A stretch of 64,000 nucleotides of DNA, taken from NCBI GenBank assembly GCA_002633005.1, contig NMRA01000155.1, positions 365,844 to 429,843 of the forward strand, written 5' to 3'. The notes under the pieces are model-generated. The model had not been told where the DNA came from and made no database searches. It saw only the letters and a list, made by a program, of their open reading frames with translations. Within the stretch, counting starts at the first letter, position 1, and the number at the start of each line of letters is the position of its first letter. The DNA comes from Phoronis australis (taxonomy: Eukaryota; Animalia; Phoronida). The position numbers were made by a program, and so were the translations under genes. Shown one piece after another: positions 1-13,500 of this stretch.

Positions 1-2099
1 TAAGTTAGCCCCGAAGCTCAGGAAAATCGACACCCCTATGCCTTGCAATACGACAGCTACTGGGATGCCCTAATTTACTCACACAAAGACACGTGACATA
101 TAACTACTAGATACCAATGTTCTTTGTGCAGAAACAATGAAATTAGAACGATCGGATTGCTCAGATTTTCATTCTATAAAGATATGTTCATGGTGGAAGG
201 GTTCACAGAGCTAAAATAAGGTTTCTGGTGAAACAGAAATTTTATTTATTTTCATGTCAATTATTTCCCTGTTTTCATGCTTCACTTCTTGAAAGAATTT
301 GCTACGATTTATAGCACTTTTGTACCTATGTAACGAACGGAAATTTACAATAAAATACCACTGTCAACGTTGAGCTCATTAAAAAGTAGAAAAATCATTT
401 GTTTTTAAAAAATCTTTACATATTTTGGATGGGGCTGGGCGACAGCTCTCTATAGATCCAATTCTTTGCCTGCAATCTGCATTGCTAAATGCTCTACTAC
501 ATACACTTTTTCATTAAAATCGCATGGTCTAGCGAGTGCTTTACGATCGATAGAGTAACAAATAGCCAGGCGTCAATCCAGGCGTCAGCAGATTTCCGGT
601 CACGTGATGTAAACATCTGAGAAGTAGATCTTTGACTAGACATGTTTTCTGCATAAGACAAATGCGGCAAAATGGTTAAAAGATATTTAAAACAGACGTT
701 GTGTAATTGAGTCAGAGAGCAAGTGTCATGGTCTGTTAATTCGTTCTATTTCCGAAACCGGCAAAACCTAAGAAATATCGGGAAAGTGCCTCACGATGGG
801 TTCGACCATGTCGACCAATGTTGAACGTGAAAACGATGGAAACCATTTGTTGCATTCTTGCAAAAACGTAATCAGGCTCTTTACCAAAATAAGCGATTTG
901 CTTATAAATTTTCAGTTAAATGCAGAAAATAAGAAAAGTTCTCGAGGAATTTCCCCCATTCGGTGACTTTGTGATTGACGCTGGATACATCTTTGCTCCA
1001 TTTCTTGTATGGAAATTTAAACCAGTTGCAACCAATTAGAAAGCTCAATTTTGAACTAAAATTTGCATAAAGAGCTAAAGCCAACCCTGAGACAAAACAG
1101 GTTTTTATAAGAAATTATTTTTAAAGGTTCATTTGCTACATGTCTATTTAGTTGTCTAGAAACAAAAATGAAATCAAACAAATTACTCTCTTAAAACCGA
1201 TCTCTTTACCGTGATAGCATTATATTTCATAACCAACTCAAATCAAAGGATGTTTTCTTGAATTTCTTGAATCGCTGATGGTTTCGAGGTTCTCATTTGT
1301 AACAGAAATAGAACCCTACCACAGTGAGGGATATTATGAGAGGAGTTATATACTGTAAGAGGAGTTATATACTGTAAGAGCAAAATTCCTAATTCGAGTT
1401 TCTTTTTTGATTCACATAGATTCTGCGAAATGCAGCTTTGAAAGCGTGTGGTGCAACTTTTCACTTCACAGAAATCTGACACTATTGTTCCCTGACTGCA
1501 GCATGTTGCTACTCTTGAACTTCAAAACAACACATCTTTACTTTAAAAGGTTTTGTCAGTAACGCAATACACGTGTTTAAAACAATTGGTTTATGTTTTG
1601 CAACATTGGCGGCTTGTGGAGCAAAGAAATTATTGAATATTGCCCGGCATTTCGCTTAGACACAATTGCTTGTGACGTTTTCGTTGTTTGTCTACGGCAG
1701 CATTACGTGATTGAGTGGGTGGAGCGATAGTAATTTCAGCGTCTCGTCAATTGAGTTTACGTTGGCAGACATTACATGTTTTTTAATCAAATTTTATTTA
1801 CCCTCATTGCGAATTACGAAACATGTTTGCTGCGTTTAAAGTCTTGCTTGTTAACTATCTCACGTCACATATTTTTGCCCTTTTACACCCTTCCGAAAAT
1901 GAAACGAGACTCAGAAAGTGTGGAAAAGAACAAAAATTGACACTTTTCAGGCCAAAACTACGACTTCCTTGCCAGTGCTCGACACGAGCCCAACACCTGA
2001 TTCTGAAAGCAAATTTACTACATATTCCACAATGTGGTTCAAATGCCCTGTCATTCAATCAGATACATACACAAAACGTACCGAGAGTAGCGTACATGA

Positions 2100-2798
2100 A
2101 GTGATATCCCACGAGACATTATTCCGCGTATCGATACGCATAATAATGTCCAGTGGGATATTACTTCATGTACGCCAATCGAGGTACGTTTTGTATTCAT
2201 CCCATACGCTTCAAACTCCTAAGTTTCTTTCATTTTTCGGCGGATTTTTAAATACTTCTCTCAGACTGTTCACGTGACTGGCGGATCACATCCTATATGT
2301 GTGTACTTGCGCTTTAGGTTGCAAGTTTTCTCTAGTAGAAGAAACAGTTCTAAATGTAACGATTTATTACTTGAAAAGAGACAACAAAGATAAAACTAAC
2401 GGTAAGTGTGCATTGAACTTGTAACATCCCCTGAAAATAATTAAATAACAACGTTTGACAGTGTGTTTACCGAGGAATTGGCGCCGGTGTTGCAGACGAT
2501 ATAATATTTAGCAACTAAAAACTGAAACAGAAGTGTCATATAATTAACAGTCCTGTTCCAGATATTATGACTGGGATCTGATTGCATGTTGAGATTTATT
2601 TACACTGCTGCAATTGTATTACTTTAAACTATTTTTGGAAAAATTGATGATCAAACCTGCTAACGACGTCGAGTCGACATTGACCTATCTTTTGAACTTT
2701 CCACGTCAGAGGTCACTGTTGAAGCAGTGCGGGAGGTGAATACGGAAAACATGTTTGCATGGCCGTATTGCACCCGACTGATTCAACGCGTATGGGAT
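2100..2798 (-). mobile_element. Non-autonomous Helentron/HINE-like interspersed element (family A)
   Basis: Collinear with 46138..46846. Sub-terminal inverted repeat TCCCATACGC...GCGTATGGGA plus a terminal stem-loop (TATCCCACG...GTGGGATA); the 5' end recurs at ~20578, ~63172 and ~63781. Confidence 0.6.
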
Positions 2799-3849
2799 AA
2801 TTTCCAGTTATATGTTGTGCTAGGGCTATATGAAATGGTTGCGGATTCCTATTGCAATGCAACACTGCTACAAGGACCCGCAGTCTTTAAAAAGGGAATC
2901 TGAAATAGAATTTTCTGACTCACAACATCTTTATGAGAACAAGCAAACCTGATTACTGAACCTATTTGCAATATGTAAGTCAAACCTGCCGCCACACATG
3001 ATCTAACCTAAAAATTTAATGTCTAAGGAATGCAAATTGTCCTTGCCCTTGACTACAGTCCAATGGCACAGTGACACATAATTGTGCGTTACTGGTAGAC
3101 GTGTCAGATGAATCAGACAGCTCGAGTAATAACACTTTGGATGAATATGAGCACTTTCTAAATGAAACAACTCCGTTAATCGAATATTCCGACTGTGAGT
3201 AGTAAAGATGAAGAACACAGATGGGGTCTACAGAGTTTAAAGTAATACATTTCAACGTTACAGTCAACTGCTATTTCTCTGACTTGTATACACTCGATGA
3301 GCGTCCAATTATTAATTTAATTTGGTGTTCTTTAGTGACAAGCTTGCTGAATAATATCAAGAGATGGTAGTCAACACCTTGCGCGGAGAGGAACCCATTG
3401 AGTATGACTATAAAAATCGTGTTTAATCCTATAGATATTTTATGATATAGCGGAGACATGACGAAATACGCCTCGTCGGCTCGTCGCTAGATAGCGATGG
3501 GGTTGTCGGTGGATAGTGTACTGCATTCTTGAAGGGCTTAATGCTGGCAGGTATTTCTCAGCGTTTTTTTAAAGAATTCTTTGCAACAATCATGCCATCA
3601 AATTGTCACTGTTCTTCGGTGCGGTTTTCAAATGATTCACAAAAAATTGCCACGTTTCAAAATGCTTGCGTATGAACGAAATTGCGCATTGCCTCTGCCA
3701 CCTGGGCTATTGTTGCGCACCAGAATTGGATATGGGTATAGTGACAGATGCATTTGTGCTGTCACTACGTTATAGAGTTATATATATGATGTTTCCTACC
3801 AGCAGATGAGGTATGAATAGGGTTTACACAAAACTCCATGTAAAACACG

Positions 3850-4505
3850 GCAGAGCCGGGAGTGTGCTGGACCCACTACCTGGCAAAGACAAGACCTTTG
3901 ATTCCATTAGAGGACCATGCAAACGGTGTTAGGATGAGAGCCATTGTGTGAACTGTAATCACTCTCAAATTTTTAACCGGTCGACACACCTTCGACATCT
4001 TCTACAGTTAATTCAAGAATCGTCGGTGTCAAAGTGTATATACCACCATAACCTTTTCCTGTCCTCTACTTGTTGTAAAAGCTCTTTCAAGGGGCATAAC
4101 TCTGAATTTTGGGTACATAACCGTTTATTTTGTATTGTATCGGCGTTTGATTCTTTACAAACTGCGAAAAAAGATACTGATAACGTTACAGTAAGTAGTA
4201 TGTACCAAAAGTCATTTTTGACAGATGGTAGGTCATAAGATAACATGCTTTCCTCCCACCAATAATATAGTCGCCGTATCATTAAGTATGTACGCGCGAC
4301 CCCTAAATAAAAACGCATAGCTCTGTTTTGAATATTTTCATCATTACCAAAAAATTTTTAAACCCCAAACAGATGACCCGTAATTCAAAATTGGTGCCAC
4401 ACACGAATTAAATAATGTTTTAAACGTTCCGAATCCTAGATTCTTGTTATCACGGAATGTTGAGCATATCTTCCCTAACGCTCTACCAGAAGCTTCAGAT
4501 AACGT
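3850..4505 (-). mobile_element. Degenerate non-LTR retrotransposon (LINE) 3' ORF2 fragment
   Basis: Minus-strand peptides ASGRALGKICSTF...FKTLFNSCVAPILNYGSSVWG and RFYLGV, typical of the post-RT region of LINE ORF2; frameshifted. Confidence 0.65.
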
Positions 4506-4569
4506 ATATGTATGTATGTATCCATGTATGTATGTACGTGTGTATTTCGGGAGCAAGTTTTCAGTTATA

Positions 4570-5233
4570 CAGAATTGGTTAAATGCAAGACACTTTTCAT
4601 TGTTCACAGTCTTTATTCCGTTACGTTCATACCTTCGGAATAAAACTCTACTCTCAACTGAACATAGTAACTGACCTAGTGACATAATTAAAAGACACAC
4701 GGTATTTCGAAACATACTTGTATTCTCAGGTGAAGATAAAATGACGCAGTAATGCCACCACAGAGCATAAGCTGATGACACACATAGTGGGACGCGGCGG
4801 GTGTGAAATTCTGCAAAGAATGACTAATGAAGGGGGGTAACACGAACGTAAAATCACCCGTCAAGAAATTGTGGAAAACACGTCAATTCGCTGTTTTGAA
4901 TGAGCAGCAAACAGGGTCGCGCCGCACGTTACACTTGTTTCCGTGACATTCCTGTTACCCCCTTCATTAGTCATTCTTTACAGAATTTCGCACCCGCCGT
5001 GTCCCATTATGTTTGTCATCAGCTGATGCTCTGTGGTGGCATTACTGCGTCATTTTATCTTCACTTGAGAATGAAACAAGTACATTTCCAAATATCGTGT
5101 GTCTTTTAATTATGTCGCTAAGTCAGTTACTTTATCTATGTTCAGTTGAGTGTAGAGTTTTGTTCCGAAGGTATGAACGTAACGGAATAAAGACTGTGAA
5201 CAATGAAAAGTGTCGTGCGTTTAACCAGTTATG
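4570..5233. mobile_element. Fold-back MITE with ~280-bp terminal inverted repeats, TA-flanked, in (TATG)n context
   Basis: ~4570..4848 is the reverse complement of ~4946..5233 (e.g. CACTTTTCATTGTTCACAGTCTTTATTCCGTTACGTTCATACCTTCGGAA vs TTCCGAAGGTATGAACGTAACGGAATAAAGACTGTGAACAATGAAAAGTG); TA on both sides. Confidence 0.8.
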
Positions 5234-8200
5234 TATGTATGTATGTATGTATGTACCAACTCCGTATACTTTCAATGGACGAAATCTGTGACCTTACGCA
5301 CAAGCCCTTACGTCATTATTCACTGGCGACACCTGGCTAAATTTTCTGGTGCAATTTCCGGCAAGTACGTCGTCTGCTAATCACGGTCGGCTACTGTGTG
5401 GCCGGTTGTTCGGCCACACCAGCGAAATGCAAAGGAATTAGCTTCCATACCATCCGAAGACCCCATAATCGGCAGTGGGAAGAAAACCTTACTTCTTGAG
5501 TCAACGTGAATGGCAGTTGTTTCAGCAATAAGACTTTATACATTTGTTCAAGGCACTTCGAAGATGAATGTTTTTAAGAGACTCTACTACTTAATCCTGT
5601 CTTCACAAATCCATTTTTGTTTTCTCCGTTTTGATGAAAACTATCTGGTAAACTTTTTGACGAAAATTATCCGCTAAATTTCTTCGTAAACTCTTGTCCT
5701 TACGAGGAAGTTCAGCCATAGCCTAGTGAGCGAATTAACCAAATTACTCTTCGCTGGCCCTGATCAGACAGTTGGTCTCAGCAGAATGCGCACATTTGGC
5801 CAGGATTTGGATCAGCGATTTTAACAAATTCACATTCGTGTACAAATAAATAGAACGCTGGTAAAACCTTTAACATGAATAAAGATTACAATAATACTTC
5901 ATAAATAACCACCCGGACCAGTCAAAATCTATCTCGCAATTCAACAGCAGGTTAAACACTCATTTCATGTTGAATATATGCCGCACAAAATCTCTCGACT
6001 GCAGTCTATGAAAATGCAACCAACCTATTTGAAAACATGGAACAGGAGCATCAGAGGGGTGTAAAGGTTGTTTTTATCCTTCAATGTTAAATTTTTTGTA
6101 ATCAGACATATGTTTTTTTAAATTTCCGCCTTAAGTCCTAACATTTTTAAACTTAAGCCTTTCAAACAAAATTCTTCAACCAGTTTTGTAAAGTCCTATG
6201 CCACCTGTAGGGTACATAATGAGCCAATCCCCCTCCTATTGTAACATAAGGGTCCCGTGCATAAAGGATACTAAGTATTGCTCTTCTGAAATATTACCGT
6301 ATGCGCCCTAATAAGCGGCCAGGGTGCTTAGAAAAATCCGCTTCAGGAAGGGGGCGCTTATTATAGCCCAAAAGTGGTTGAAAGCCGGTCTCCGAAACAG
6401 GTGAAATCGTAGACTAGAATTCATCAAAGTAACGCTCTGTGACGCATCTGTAACCTATGAACAGAGTTTCTACAAAACTGTAGTGCATTGCCATCAAAAA
6501 TTGTTGTCAACTTACGAGCATTTTTCAGAAAATACCACTGCCAAAAATTGCCGTGAATCAGATTTCAAGCTCATCAGCTTGGTTTAACTATATATTAATA
6601 AACCATAAAAATGGTTCCAAGTGATGAGTGCAATGCCTTCGCACGTCTAATAAATGTGTATCATGCAGCTCCTGATTTAAACAAAGGTCTGTTTTTTTTA
6701 ATTTTGGTCCGGTATAAATAACGCCACAGACCTGGAAATCCAGCGAAACACTTCTACCTTACAAATCTGACAATCCCTAGTCTCAGAAAATTTGAGCACC
6801 CAGTAAAATATACAAATGATGAAATTCTGATGATGATAATCACCCACTTTATTTATTTACTTCACCTCAATTTGAAATACTTGGAAAATGAAGCCCATTC
6901 GAGTAAGCATCATGTGGGTCCCAATGCCAACCCAATATATGATAGAACCCAACAAGCTCAAGTTGCAGTCAAATCAGGATGGGCATAAATAAGGAAATTC
7001 ACTGTATCAACAGATTGGCCAAATAAGAATAAGATACAAAGTGTTGTTACAGTGCACACGTGCACGATACTTGGTCTATTATTTTCCCGCCGTAAACGCA
7101 TGAACCAATCAGATCACCAATGGCGCAAAGTTTTCGAAAATAGCTCGATTTTTAGGGAGTCCTGTTTTACTGTTCTATTTATTTTCAAAACTTTATTATG
7201 TTACATTTAGTTTATTTTCTGTTCAACTCAATGAAGCCACCTAATATGAATGCATTCAACACAATTAATGCATTGTAAAAACCAAAAGTTATGCTCTATC
7301 AACGTTAGACAAAATCAGTACACCCCTTTCTTAAAAAATGGGTTAAAAGTTAGAAACAAAGGACACTAGTTTGCATCACTTGTAACGTCGATTTTCGACA
7401 TTGATGTTGGGGAGGAACAAGTCTGGCGACAGCAACACATAATCACACGAAGGCGATGATTTTCAAAATTTGATTCGTTTTCGTAGTATATGTCTTTTTT
7501 CCCTATGGTTCAGGGCTACTTCTGAATCCAGGAACAAGAACTGAAAAAGGCAGGGTTCGTGATAACGTTGGAGAACGGTAACATTTATATAAGGTGTTAC
7601 AACTGTCATCGATATTGTCATCTCCTCTGTTTTCATCCAACCTTCCCAGATGAAAACTTGAATGAAGAGGACCTTCAGTACTTGAGTGAGCATGGTATAC
7701 TGTGTGATTTATGTTGAATTATTCAACGGTTCTTTTAAGAACCATTTCACGCTATAGCTACAACCAACGGCCCTTTTAAGGGCCACTCAACACTTCCCAG
7801 AAGAACTGCTCACTTGAGAATGTTGATTTATAAACATGCTTTCGTAGTTTTCTCAATAGGCCTATGTGAACCATAAATCAAAAACTGTCCGATAACTATG
7901 CTGCTATTGGGCAAGCAGACGACATAATCAAGCGGCACCGAAGTTTGAATTTTGTAATTAATTACCAGTAGCATAACCCAAAGTACTCATAATACCAACA
8001 CTTCTACTATTGAAAGACTTTGAAAAGCGTTTCAATGCCGAAATTAATATTAATTAATATTTTTTTCGTTGTTTTGGACAGAAAAGTAGATGCAAGTATT
8101 TCTCGTCAAAATACACTGACCGGAAACAGCACCAGATAGGTCAGGAGAGTTCAACTCAGCACGTAAGGATATGCCGGAGTTGCGAATCTGTTGTCTATAA

Positions 8201-9128
8201 TATATGATGTATGTAAATGAGTTATTAAAGCGTTCATCGACAACCTTCCCGTTGACCATCTGGCATAACACGCCGGTTGTGCTTTCAATGCAGAAAGATA
8301 CCTTTCAGAAATTTGTCCTCGTTCACGAGTTCAGTTCTTTGTTGTAACCTCTGTAAAATAACAAGAATTGAATTCGAGTATGTAAAGTGCTAAAACCACA
8401 CTTTACATTGTTTTGGGAAGTGGCCACATATCATCATTAAACCATCGTTTATAGCACTACACACCAAAGTCGTGAATTCAATATCCCAATTACAGCGAGA
8501 AATAAGAGGAAAGCAACTTAAATTGAAAGTTCCTTAGTTCCACGGATATGAGTGTGGCATATGAATGTACCCAGCGCCAGTGTGTTGACCAGCACGCGAG
8601 TTTTTTGTGCAATTTTGTGCCGTGAGCCGAAATATCTGACGACTTTTCACACTAAACGCTATGTAGGGCGACTAGTATTGTGATTGGTTGTCCAGGTTTT
8701 ACGTAGTAGGGCCTATGTATCGACCAATAAATTCTCGTAACTCGAGATCAGCTATTATATCGTCAGATAGTCTAATTTGACAGATGATAGACCGGTGAGG
8801 TTGACATGAAAATACTGATTTTAAGCACTTTAACGTCTCAAAAGCTGTTGAAAGGGTAACACGATTTTTTTCCAAAACGCTTAAAATTGCTTAGTAAAAC
8901 AAGTGAAATTGAAGCCCAATATTTATGCGACCTGGTCTGGATATGCATTGGTCGTGAAGTATCATACAGTCGCGCTATGTTATCTGGGTCTGAATCAGGG
9001 TAAGTTTGAAGTGTCATTTTGAGTAAACAGTGTTATCAAATTACTTAGCAAGTGTACGTGATCTTCATAAGTTAGCCGAAGACCTGCGAGAAGACAGAGC
9101 GTGCACTTGGTGCACTTAACGTTTAAAA

Positions 9129-10558
9129 ATGAGATTTCTACTATTTTCCACGGCTTGTGCGGTTTTTTGTGTCGAAGTGTTCGGCGTCAACTTGGTAGTT
9201 AACGTAAAGGGCGGAAAATTGAAAGGCCACTGGTCTCAAACTCATGGAGTTACTCGATTTTTGGGGGTCCCTTATGCTTTAGCACCGGTGGGCAAGCGCA
9301 GATTTGCCCCTCCCCAGATGATGAAGAGCTGGAATACGGAAAGGGACTGCACTACCCACAAACCCTCATGCTCTCAAACATTGAACTTTTTCAAATATTC
9401 CAGGCCAGGTTACTTAAAAGCATACAACTTTTCTTTTGACCTACCACAGACGGATGAAGATTGCTTATACTTGGATATTTTTGTTCCTGGCGAGGTTCAA
9501 GCTAATAAGTCTTTGCCAGTTATGGTTCATTTCCAAGATGGCGGATTCCAGGTAGCGCTTTCTGATGTGTTCGATGGCTCCAGTCTAGCAAAGGAAGGTG
9601 ACGTCATAGCTGTAACTTTTAGTTCACGGCTTGGTGCCCTTGGTTTCTATGGTGGACAGAATTTAGGACTTTGGGACCAGATCGAAGTTTTGAAGTGGAT
9701 ACATCACAACATCGGCGCGTTCGGTGGTGATGCAAACAGAGTAACATTGTTTGGAGTTGGTTCGGGAGCATTTGCTGTTGGTCTTCATGTTCTATCCGCA
9801 GAGAGTAGAGGCTTGTTCAAAAGGGCTATATCTCAAGGCACGTCTGCCTATGATGTAACCTTCGTCAACTTGGATCCAGCAAGAACGAATGGTGCTTTCA
9901 ACAAAGCAGTGAATTGTGAACACAAGGAAATAAATAACCAGATGAAATGTTTAAGAGCGCTGAAGGTTGATGACATTCTTTCTGCGCAAGCAAATCTTTC
10001 TAAACAGTATTTGAATTTCATGCCGGTAGTTGATGGAAAAATACTACAAGACACTCCAGTCAAGATATTGGAAACGATGAAATTTAATGACGTCGACTAC
10101 ATGTTAGGTGTTAACAGCAACGGGGGTTCTGCTAGTGTTTTCGACTTCTTCGCCCGTCTAAACACGGGTGCTGACGAAGATTATTTCAAGTCGTTCATAG
10201 ATGATGCTGCTTACATGACATCCCCAACAAACTTTGCCGCCGCGAAAGCAGCTCTGTCGTATGAATACATGCCAGTGATGGAAAAAAGTATGAACAGCAA
10301 ACAGTGGTTTCAGAAAACATTGAACTTTTCAAGAGATGTTTACCTTAGTCAGGTCAGAGGAGCCCAGTTGAAACACGCCTCTGCTGGGTTACACGTTTAC
10401 GCCTACTATTTTGATGAATCTCCTCCAGTTTCGGATGGCGTCCCAGTCGACGTGTTGGGTGTGCCCGCTGGTGTGGAGGAGTTGTTTCTGTTTGGAGGTG
10501 TACGTCATGAGTTCGGTAAACGACTGATGAAAACCTGGACAAGTTTTGCACACACAGG
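9129..10558 (+). CDS. copy 1 coding exon 1 (signal peptide + most of pseudo-esterase domain)
   Basis: 477-aa ORF; donor GG|GTAAAT at 10559. Confidence 0.92.
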
Positions 10559-13500
10559 GTAAATATAGTTTGCCACCTTACAGGCTCTGTTCTGGTACAG
10601 CTTACTTTTCTCAGTTCTGTATAAATTTGGTAAACCTGAAAATTTGGCCGTCATTGTTCCGTTCGTCATTGATACATGTACGTGTATGAACTGGATCTTC
10701 AACACGTCTAGGATCTCTAAGAAAAAGTAATTCCTTCATTTATGAACAAATTTGAATTAACAAGTCAAGTAAAGTAATAAAATTACATGGTATGAAGTAA
10801 CCCTTAAATCGGAATATTCCAAATCCAAAATTATTAACTACAAGTACAGCAAAAATCGACTGCTACATAACACCGCATTAAAAGGTGGTGATCTAATAGA
10901 ATTTTGTTTTTCAGCAAACCAGTTTTACAGCTTCGTGACGGCACCACACTGGATTGGCCTAATTTCAACGAAACATACCAAAACATTGCTCTTTTACGAG
11001 CGAATGTCATCGTGGCAAACGCTGTGATCGATTCACTGCCAGGAGATTTGGAAAGGAAGATTTCTTTCTGGAATGAACTGATGCCACAAATTGCAAGTCC
11101 AGGCAACGAGTGTCGTAACGAGACATCTTCCACTATGGAGCACGAACACCCCATTCTCCACCTTAAACAAGGTCGAGTTCTTGGACGAAGTAGAATTGTT
11201 GAAGGTAATTTTGTTTACATTTTGCGTTTTGCTTATTTGGTGTCAGACGTTCGTGCAGGTAAGGGAAATACGATTATAGATGCGTCGCTTGTTCTCAAGC
11301 AAACAGCCCCAGAGCGGTAGAAAAAACTTGGTCCGCAAAGTGTCGTAAGAGTTGCAGATTGTTGTTATAAATACCACTTCGTTGTAGTTGTCGCCAGACT
11401 ACTTCAACCGCATGGTTGTAACAATCATAAATACATTTACTCACTCACAACAGGCTCACAATTCAGAAAAGTCGCCGACAAAATTTCAAACATTCTCTGT
11501 TCTAATTACCTATGAAAGGGTTCCCGTCGGGTGTTCGAAACATTGCGAATTGGTATTTTTGTCCAACAGGAAAGGTTTGTAATATTGCGTATATTATGAA
11601 TACTTTGTCCCTTGAAGTTTTTCTTGTCCTGTGTGTGTTTTTTCGTATTATTGACATTCGTCCATGAACGTCTCCAAAATAGTTACGTTCAGGGAGTTAA
11701 ACTCGATAAAAGGGTGGTACTTCTGAGGCATAGGAAGCGTGGGACAGGGTTCGAGTCAACTAAGTTGGGTTTCGGTCCAACTGTGTGTCTTGTATATTTA
11801 AAGAGGCTACACACCTTCTGTCAAAATCTAACTTATGATTTATGCCACTTACTGTTCTAACTATCGTTTTCATCTTGTTCCGTAGTCAAAGTAAAAATAA
11901 TTTCTAAGCTTCAGAAGAACTCACACGTCGATACTGCTTCAGACAATGCCCATCACTTTCTTTTCACGCTGGGTTAGTTTCAGTCACCAAATCAATATGG
12001 CCGTTAGGGTAATTCTATTTACTGTAACCAAATGCAGTTCAAACAAAGGACATGGATGGATAACGTTGCTCTGGAAGCAAAAACAGGCCTTTGAAGAGGG
12101 TCAACGTTTAACTACAGAGCATGATTTGTCTCAGCTTTGAATAGTCTGGGTCATCTTCGGATTATCAAAAAGAGGACAACGATAAAGGAAATGACAAGTC
12201 TAAATAAGAATGAAAAGTACATCAGGACTACGAGTTTCATAATGACATCAAGTTCAACTCGTCAGACTTTGGCAGCTACGGAAATACCCGTGATGTTACA
12301 TGTCTCAGATAAGTAAAGGATCAGTAAGAAGGGGTCGACGCATGCGCAGTGTTACACATTGCATGTTACACATTTTGGGCGATAAACGCCACCGTCGTCT
12401 CAAACGAACTTTAAAATAAACCTAGATTGAAGAAATGGCAAACCGTCAAATCTTGTCAAGGCCAGAATTCATGTCTCGTATCAGTAAGAAAAAAATCGCA
12501 ATAAATCCTCTCTTCTGTCAAAAAAACACAATTTAATACAATTAAAATTTTGTTTCATTTCTTCATATCTCACGACTAATTTTATGGTAGTTGAAGCCAT
12601 ATGCCCGGCGTGAATCATGTAATCGAGGGAAGTTGATCGAACTTCATCGAACCTTTGCCAGATATCGTAATAAGACCTCAACAGACGACGGGCAGTAATT
12701 CGTATTTATGTCATGCTTACGCGACCCACAACTAGAAAGATATACTTTTAGCTTTACTTGTTAAGTTAAATTTCCAACGTCTCCATAAGTTGAAGAGTAG
12801 ACACGTTTGTGTACTTCAGGCAACCATTTTCCTTACGAAGAATACCTGGACATCCCATACGCAGCGCCACCTCTGGGTGACCTACGATTCCAGCCTCCAA
12901 GACCCCATCGAGGTTGGAAAGGTGTTTTAAACAGAACAAGAGAGAAAACTGGAGTCAAAGCATGCCCACAAACTAACTGGCCACTGCTTCCGTTTGAAGT
13001 GATAGATGAAGATTGTCTAACATTAGACATTTACGTACCATACGGTGCTTCAAAAGTCAGGTAGGCCTTTACTTATACTAATTGATATATAAGCTGTCCC
13101 AAAAAAGTGAGTCGCATTTTGACAAGTAATTTCTCAACAACAGATGAACTAATTTCTTTTAAATTTCTCACAGGTGAACCTTAGGATAATATCAACCAAT
13201 TTTCCAAATATCAAAGAGATTTGTTTCCAATTGTGTGAGTACTGTCAAATTAAAAACACCAGGTCACAAAATAAAATGCCAATCTATGCCTTATATGGCC
13301 TCAACGAGTAAACGGAGCCGTTTCTTCCAACCAGAAATGGTTTTCCGTATTTTTGCCATCGAGATTTCCTCCCATGACATAATTATCCTGTCTTTCAACA
13401 CCTGATAACTGCTCGGTCAATTCGTCTCTCCTTCAGAGAGTCCGATATGACATAGTCTTTTGCATTGCAGTCAGGACTGAGCGGAGGCCACTTTCCCTTT

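Noticed and set aside
6050-7335. Possible DNA-transposon ends (AGGGGTGTA...TACACCCCT; TACCGTA-type end at ~6297)
   Set aside because: Matches are too short and no TSD or partner end could be confirmed
9129-10562. Treating the 477/495/501-aa ORFs as complete single-exon genes
   Set aside because: Each has a GT donor at the same codon, and the missing C-terminal part of the fold is in the next exon, in the correct phase
11700-11790. Possible tRNA or tRNA-derived SINE (GGTTCGAGTC B-box-like)
   Set aside because: No cloverleaf or convincing A-box; single motif only
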